A stretch of DNA of 64,000 nt, taken from positions 768,001 through 832,000 of the forward strand of contig OZ242374.1 in NCBI GenBank assembly GCA_965209055.1. The letters are read 5' to 3'. Positions 58,760 to 64,000 of the stretch are shown piece by piece; the stretch's first letter is position 1, and each line of letters begins with the position of its first letter. Both the position numbers and the translations under genes were made by a program. The notes under the pieces are model-generated. The model had not been told where the DNA came from. It did no database searches and saw only the letters and a program-made list of their open reading frames with translations. This DNA comes from Acidobacteriota bacterium (GTDB lineage: Bacteria > Acidobacteriota > UBA6911 > RPQK01 > JAJDTT01).

Positions 58760-60256
58760 CTATCCTTTTCGCCGGTCCCAGATCGTCAATCCCTCGAGGT
58801 CACGATCCTCGCTCGACCGTGATCTCGGCAGCAGGCTGAAGAGCCAGGACCCGCAGAGGCAGCTCAACAGCGCGACGGGCGTGTAGAAGATCCAGTGCAT
58901 CTCGACGAAGTTCTGCACGTAGATGCTGAGCGGAAGCGAGATCCCCAGGGTGGCGGCCAGCCAAGCCGGGAAATGTCCTCTCCGGGTCAGGACTCCCAAC
59001 AGAAAGAGGCCCGTGACCGGCGCGGCCGTGAGGCCGCCCACCTTGCTCATGGTTTCCAGAATGCCGGCGCCTTCCGATACCAACAGGGCGGCGGCGGTGG
59101 CCAGCAGGCCCAGCCCCGCCGTCAAGGCCCGGGCCAGCATCAGGCTCTGCCGCTGGGTCAGGGCACGCTTCCTGAGGGGGGTCACGAAATCGACCTGGAT
59201 CATGGTGGCTGAGGAGTGGATCCCCGAATCCACCGTGGACATGGCCGCGGCGAAGACGGCGGCGATGAGCAGGCCCGAGAAGCCGGCCGGAAGGGCATGG
59301 ACGATGTAGTAGGGCAGGATCCGGTCGCCGGCGACTCCCGGAGCCAGATGCTCGGGATATACCTGGAAATAAGCGAAGATCCCGAGTCCGATCATGTAGA
59401 GCAGCGCGGCCAACAGGATTTCCAGCACCCGGTCCAGCAACAGCGCCCGCGTCATTTCGCGGAGGCTCCTGGCCGCGAGCAGACGCTGCATGACCACCTG
59501 GTTGTTCCCGTATCCGAATCCGCTGATGAAGTAACAGAGTAAGACCGCCAGTCCGGTGGCCTCGGCCAGGTCGAACCGGAGATCGGTCACCCCCAACTTG
59601 TCCGCGGTCAGGACGATCTCGAAGAATTGATCCAGGCCACCCGGGAGCCGGTCGACCAGCGAGAACGCGACCACCACCGCGCCCGTGGTCAGGATCACGA
59701 ACTGGATCACGTCGGTCCAGATGACGGCCGCCAGTCCCCCCGTGCAGGTGTACGCCGTGGCCACCAGCCCCATGACCAGGATGGCGCGGGTCAGATCGAT
59801 CCCGGTGACGGTGGAAAGAGCCAGGGCGGGGGCGTAAAGGGCGATTCCCATCCAGCCCTGGATCTGAAGCACGGCCAGAGCCGAGGCGGCGTAGCGGGCA
59901 CGGTTCCCGAAGCGTGCGTTGACGTACTCGTAGATGGTGGTGACCTTGAGCCTACGGTAGATGGGAAAATAGAGAGCGATCATCAGCGGCGTGGCCAGCA
60001 GCGCCGCCGGTCCCGCCAGCATGAGGGAGGCGTTGTCCTTGTAGGCGGCCGCCGGAGCTCCCAGGTAGGTGAGGCCGCTCAGCATGCTGGCGACGGTGCT
60101 CAATGCGACGGCCAGCCACGGCATGCTGCGTCCGGCCAGAAAATAGGACTCGGTGTTCCGCTGGCGTCCGGCCAGCGCCAGCGCCAGCACGGTGACTCCC
60201 AGCAGATAGGCCACGAGAACCAGGGCGTTGAGGGTGCCGAAGCTGGCTTGGTCCAC
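58760..60256 (-). CDS. Sodium:solute symporter (SSS; sugar/sialic-acid-like)
   Basis: YFLAGRSMPW, GGLAAVIWTDVIQ, QVVMQRLLAA, FAAAMSTVDSG. Confidence 0.92.
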   Translation of the reverse strand: MDQASFGTLNALVLVAYLLGVTVLALALAGRQRNTESYFLAGRSMPWLAVALSTVASMLSGLTYLGAPAAAYKDNASLMLAGPAALLATPLMIALYFPIYRRLKVTTIYEYVNARFGNRARYAASALAVLQIQGWMGIALYAPALALSTVTGIDLTRAILVMGLVATAYTCTGGLAAVIWTDVIQFVILTTGAVVVAFSLVDRLPGGLDQFFEIVLTADKLGVTDLRFDLAEATGLAVLLCYFISGFGYGNNQVVMQRLLAARSLREMTRALLLDRVLEILLAALLYMIGLGIFAYFQVYPEHLAPGVAGDRILPYYIVHALPAGFSGLLIAAVFAAAMSTVDSGIHSSATMIQVDFVTPLRKRALTQRQSLMLARALTAGLGLLATAAALLVSEGAGILETMSKVGGLTAAPVTGLFLLGVLTRRGHFPAWLAATLGISLPLSIYVQNFVEMHWIFYTPVALLSCLCGSWLFSLLPRSRSSEDRDLEGLTIWDRRKG

Positions 60257-60301
60257 GGTGTGGAAAACTTCTGGGAAAACTGTGGAAAGGTTGTTGGCGA
60301 C

Positions 60302-61348
60302 TTAGAGCGGACGGCCCCAGGAGTCCATCTTCGGCTCCGGCGGCATCGAAATCCTCCTGCCTTCGTAGATCGACTGGGCCACCGCCTCGCAGAATTCCAT
60401 GTAGCGGATCCCTTCTGCGAAATCGGGAGCCACCGGCGTGCCGCGCCGGATGGCCTCGATGAACTCGGCGTCCATGGTTCGGTCCCGCCGTTCTTCCCGC
60501 GGCATTTCGATGGGGTGCATCCCGGTATCGCCGCGGGTCATGCCGAACAGTTCTTCGTCTTCCACCAGCCCTCCCGGTTTTTCAACCAGCAGCTTGTAAT
60601 CCAGCGCTCCCCGCGTGCCGTAGATCTCCACCGAGCTGCCCGGACCCCGGGGGACCCGGAACGAAAGGTGAAAGCTGGCGGTGGCTCCTCCCTGCAACTC
60701 GGCCCCGATGGACAGGGACTGGGGCACGGACAACAGGTCTTCGCCGGTGGTGGCGATCAGGGAGACGGGAGGGTCGATCCAGCGGTAGACGACCTCGGCC
60801 AGGATCCCCAGCATCATGGTGTTGACGCCCACCACCTCCGGGTCCAACAGCCAGGCGCCGGACTCGGGAAGGGCCGGAACCAGCGACGTGACCCGCACTT
60901 CCCGGAGGTCTCCCACGTAGCCCTGACTGAGCAGCCGGCGCATCACCCGGTCCCCCTTGAGGCCGAAACCGGCCGCATAGAGGGAGGTGACCAGGTCGGT
61001 CTTCCGGGAGGCTTCCAGCATCTGCCGGGCCTCGTTGAGGTTACGCGCCATCCTCGCCTGACAGAGGACGTGCTTGCCGGCATCCAGGGCGGCCACGGTG
61101 GCCGGCAGGTGGAGGTGAGGCGGGGTGGCGATCACCACGGCGTCGATGTCGCGGTTTTCGATGATCTGCACCCAGCGGTCGACCAGGTTGGGAATATTGA
61201 ACTTCCGGGCCGCCGTTCGAGCCGTTTCCTTCCGGCGGGACCAGGCGTGGGTGATCTCGACGCCGGGAACCCTCAGCAGCAGAGGGATGTGCCGGGCCTG
61301 GGCGATCTTTCCCGCTCCGATGATGCCGACCCTGATGATGTCCGTCAT
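60302..61348 (-). CDS. Gfo/Idh/MocA oxidoreductase
   Basis: VGIIGAGKIA, DAVVIATPPHLH, AGKHVLCQARMA. Confidence 0.9.
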   Translation of the reverse strand: MTDIIRVGIIGAGKIAQARHIPLLLRVPGVEITHAWSRRKETARTAARKFNIPNLVDRWVQIIENRDIDAVVIATPPHLHLPATVAALDAGKHVLCQARMARNLNEARQMLEASRKTDLVTSLYAAGFGLKGDRVMRRLLSQGYVGDLREVRVTSLVPALPESGAWLLDPEVVGVNTMMLGILAEVVYRWIDPPVSLIATTGEDLLSVPQSLSIGAELQGGATASFHLSFRVPRGPGSSVEIYGTRGALDYKLLVEKPGGLVEDEELFGMTRGDTGMHPIEMPREERRDRTMDAEFIEAIRRGTPVAPDFAEGIRYMEFCEAVAQSIYEGRRISMPPEPKMDSWGRPL

Positions 61349-61372
61349 GGCGATTCTTCTCCCGGCAAATGT

Positions 61373-62086
61373 TCAGATCCACTCGCCCCGCCGACGGGCC
61401 CGGTGGATCAGGATGCGGAGTTTGTCGGCCTCGTTGAGGTAGGGCTCGAACTTTTCCAGGAACCGGGCCAACGTCTCCTCCGGTGTCCTGCGGGTCGTGT
61501 CGATGCTGAACTTGTTGCGCATGGACGACCGTTCGAACTCGGCCTCGAACTCTTCCAGCACCCGCTCGATGTCGGGTTTCTGCAGCACGCCGTTGGGATG
61601 GGGGTTCTCCTTCATGCGCCGGGCGATGGTCTCGGGCGAAGCCTTCACCAGCACCAGCGGCATGTCGGGCGCGAACTCCTGGATGCTCTCTTCGAAGTGG
61701 TCCAGAACGGCCCGGCGCATCCAGGCCTGCTCTCCGGTGTAGTACCCGAAGTACAGCGCCCCGTAGATGGCGTTTTCGATGTGGAGGCCGACGGAAACGT
61801 AGTCCGGATTGCGAAGCGCGCCCGGCGTGAGGTGGTAGGTGACGCTGTAGCGCTGGATCATCTCCTTGGTCTTGGGGGTCAGGGCCAGGAACTGCTCCTG
61901 CTCTTCCGGCGTGAACAGGTTTTCGTCGTCGAGTCCGGGATGCCCGCTGACGTGCGGGATCTTCCAATGGTCATGGAAGGCCCTGAGACCGTTGTCCTCG
62001 CCCATGACCTCATGGCTCCAGCGCTGGATTCCGTCGGCCAGCGTTGTGGTCCCCGCGTATTCGCAGCCAATCAGAATGACTCTCAT
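61373..62086 (-). CDS. P-loop nucleotide-kinase-like protein
   Basis: ILIGCEYAGTTTLA (atypical Walker A), LVKASPETIARR, IDTT. Confidence 0.6.
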   Translation of the reverse strand: MRVILIGCEYAGTTTLADGIQRWSHEVMGEDNGLRAFHDHWKIPHVSGHPGLDDENLFTPEEQEQFLALTPKTKEMIQRYSVTYHLTPGALRNPDYVSVGLHIENAIYGALYFGYYTGEQAWMRRAVLDHFEESIQEFAPDMPLVLVKASPETIARRMKENPHPNGVLQKPDIERVLEEFEAEFERSSMRNKFSIDTTRRTPEETLARFLEKFEPYLNEADKLRILIHRARRRGEWI

Positions 62087-62097
62087 TTGGTCTCCTT

Positions 62098-62228
62098 GGA
62101 GGGGGGACCGTCTTGTCCCCCTTCGTCCTTATTCCCGGTCCTGCTCCGGGTCGTTAATGCACCGGAGTTCGGCGGTTAGGAAACCGCCGCCCCTCAGGGA
62201 GTTCGGCGGTTAGGAAACCACCGCTCCG
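62098..62228. repeat. REP cluster (one family A, two family B)
   Basis: GGAGGGGGGACCGTCTTGTCCCCCT, then two copies of GAGTTCGGCGGTTAGGAAACCRCCGC. Confidence 0.75.
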
Positions 62229-62245
62229 GCCGGAAGGGCGATTTC

Positions 62246-64000
62246 CTAATCGCCCGGTCCCCCCCGTTCGCCGACCGATTCCAACAAGGCGCCGGATGCG
62301 GTGCGGATCCTGTCGAAGACGACCCGGTCCTTCGCCGCCAGCCGGGCCAAGTCTTCCAGATCGTACCAGCGGAGCGCTCCGTGGACCGTATTCTCGAGTT
62401 GATCCACGGTGACGTCGGTTTCGACGACGCGCCGCCAACTGTCGATGGAGTCCCGGATGCCGATCCGGCCAAACAGCTCCGGCTCCACGGCCGCGGCATG
62501 CAGGGCGGCAACCCCCGCCCTTCCCACGGCGACCAGGTTCACTCGCTTCGCCTCCTCGGTCGCTACGCGCAGGTAACGCGCGCAGGCGAGTATGTCCTCA
62601 GCCCGCATGCCAACCAGTGAACGTCCCAGCATGTAGGCGATGAAATACTCTGCCGAGTTGTTTCCGATGTATTTCGGGTCGTACCGCCACGCCGTGGACT
62701 CGGTCTCCCCCAAGCCGGTCAGATCCACGGCCAGCACCGGATGCCCGCCGCGCGCCAGCGACTCTATGGGCCCTCCGGGACCCGCGTCGACCTGCTTGCC
62801 CCGCCCGTTCAGGTACAGCGTCCACTCGCTTCGCGAGCGTTCGGGAACGAACCGCAGCACCGGCAGTGGAAACCCGCCGGCGGACTGCAGGATCAACTTC
62901 TCGATGCGGTAACCGGTGCGCCGGACCGTACCGTACGTTTGGACTGCCAGTGGCGGGATCTCCGAGAGGGGACGGATGCCCGCGGTTTCCCTCACCTTGG
63001 TTCGTCGCTCCCTGCCGGTCATTTGCTGCCACGACCGCTCGCGATGCCGCCGGAGCCTCTCCTCCTCGGCACGGTAGAGTTGGAACACCGAGCGTGCGCC
63101 CTCCAGCAACAGAACCTGCCCCTGGGGCGTGCATTGAAGCTGCCGGTCGGAGAAGACGTCGAAGTCCGGCTCGTTCACCTCGTCGACCCGGTTCAGCAGC
63201 CACCGACGCATCCAGCGGCAGGCGCCGGTGCGCAGATGGAGGGAGAATCCGTGCTTCTCGTCCGCCTCCACCAGGCCGACCCGCTCCGCGACGCCCAACC
63301 GCGTGTAGAGCCGTTTGGCTTGCCGGTACGTCTCCCAGGCGCCCGCAATGGGCACGAAGTCCTTGGTGGCGGCAAGAATCAACGCAGGCTTAGGCGCTCT
63401 CATCAGGATGTAGTCCGCGTGGTCCATGCCGTAAGCGGTCTGTGCGTAGATGTTCTGCTCGGCGTCGCCCGGACCGGGGTCGTCGTTCTTGCGGCGGGTG
63501 GTGGTGATGAAACAACTGGACGCCGCAGCGGCGATCCTCGGATCGAGCGCCATCAGGTAGGCGGTCATGAGGCCGCCGCCCGAGTTTCCGGTGCAGCCGA
63601 TGCGCGACTCGTCGACGTCGTCCCGTCCCGCCAGGTAATCGATGCTGCGGATCCCGTCCCAGATGCGATAGGTAGCCAGGTTCCGGCCCAGCAAAATGGG
63701 GGCGACGCCGGCCAGGTTGTGTTCTTCGGTGGGCCGAAACCGCCCCTTCGCGGTCTCCGACCGTGCCGCGCCGTCCTCGAGAATCTGCTTCCGCTCCCCT
63801 TGGCCGACGGGGTCGTAGCAGAGCACCGCCAGACCGTTCCTGGCCATCAGGATGGCCGCCCGCTGGTAGAGTTCGGCCGCCTTTCCGTTCTCGCTGTGGC
63901 CGCAGGGGACCAGGACGCCGGGGTACGGCGGTTCGGCCTCCGGCAGGTACAGGACCGCCGTCACGTGGAAGCCGGGCCGGCTCTCGTAGATCAGCTTTTC
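62246..64000 (-). CDS. Acetylxylan-esterase-like double alpha/beta hydrolase (5' partial)
   Basis: VLVPCGHS, YDPVGQGER, IGCTGNSGGG nucleophile elbow, GDAEQN. Confidence 0.85.
   Translation of the reverse strand, partial: EKLIYESRPGFHVTAVLYLPEAEPPYPGVLVPCGHSENGKAAELYQRAAILMARNGLAVLCYDPVGQGERKQILEDGAARSETAKGRFRPTEEHNLAGVAPILLGRNLATYRIWDGIRSIDYLAGRDDVDESRIGCTGNSGGGLMTAYLMALDPRIAAAASSCFITTTRRKNDDPGPGDAEQNIYAQTAYGMDHADYILMRAPKPALILAATKDFVPIAGAWETYRQAKRLYTRLGVAERVGLVEADEKHGFSLHLRTGACRWMRRWLLNRVDEVNEPDFDVFSDRQLQCTPQGQVLLLEGARSVFQLYRAEEERLRRHRERSWQQMTGRERRTKVRETAGIRPLSEIPPLAVQTYGTVRRTGYRIEKLILQSAGGFPLPVLRFVPERSRSEWTLYLNGRGKQVDAGPGGPIESLARGGHPVLAVDLTGLGETESTAWRYDPKYIGNNSAEYFIAYMLGRSLVGMRAEDILACARYLRVATEEAKRVNLVAVGRAGVAALHAAAVEPELFGRIGIRDSIDSWRRVVETDVTVDQLENTVHGALRWYDLEDLARLAAKDRVVFDRIRTASGALLESVGERGGPGD

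Noticed and set aside
59627-62179. Long antisense ORFs (also 753-2642, 5618-7396, 16075-17694, 48746-50503, 55341-57812)
   Set aside because: Shadows of well-supported genes on the other strand or frame, expected from high-GC codon bias.

Overview
High-GC bacterial chromosome segment. It is probably Acidobacteriota (inferred from GWxTD proteins, an Oar-type TonB receptor, CRTAC/ASPIC proteins and a DUF1549/1553/1501 cluster). Carbohydrate-scavenging and housekeeping genes are separated by GTAG-headed REP palindromes and a decayed REP-associated tyrosine transposase (RAYT). Three unrelated mobile elements each sit inside a REP hairpin. (1) An IS4 with an 11-bp target duplication. (2) A ~6-kb integrative element (15006-21059) carrying a tRNA 5'-half at its att end; its tyrosine integrase is split after codon 3 by an apparently intact group II intron whose splicing restores the frame. 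(3) A ~16.4-kb P4-type integrase island (33798-50193) with a tmRNA/tRNA-3'-like att end and a Dcm-HATPase-Z1-PD(D/E)XK-AIPR-Vsr (Mza-like) defence locus whose AIPR is broken by IS5. The two integrative elements share a ~120-nt structured non-coding motif, present in four copies with compensatory base changes. All calls come from reading the sequence; no database searches were run.
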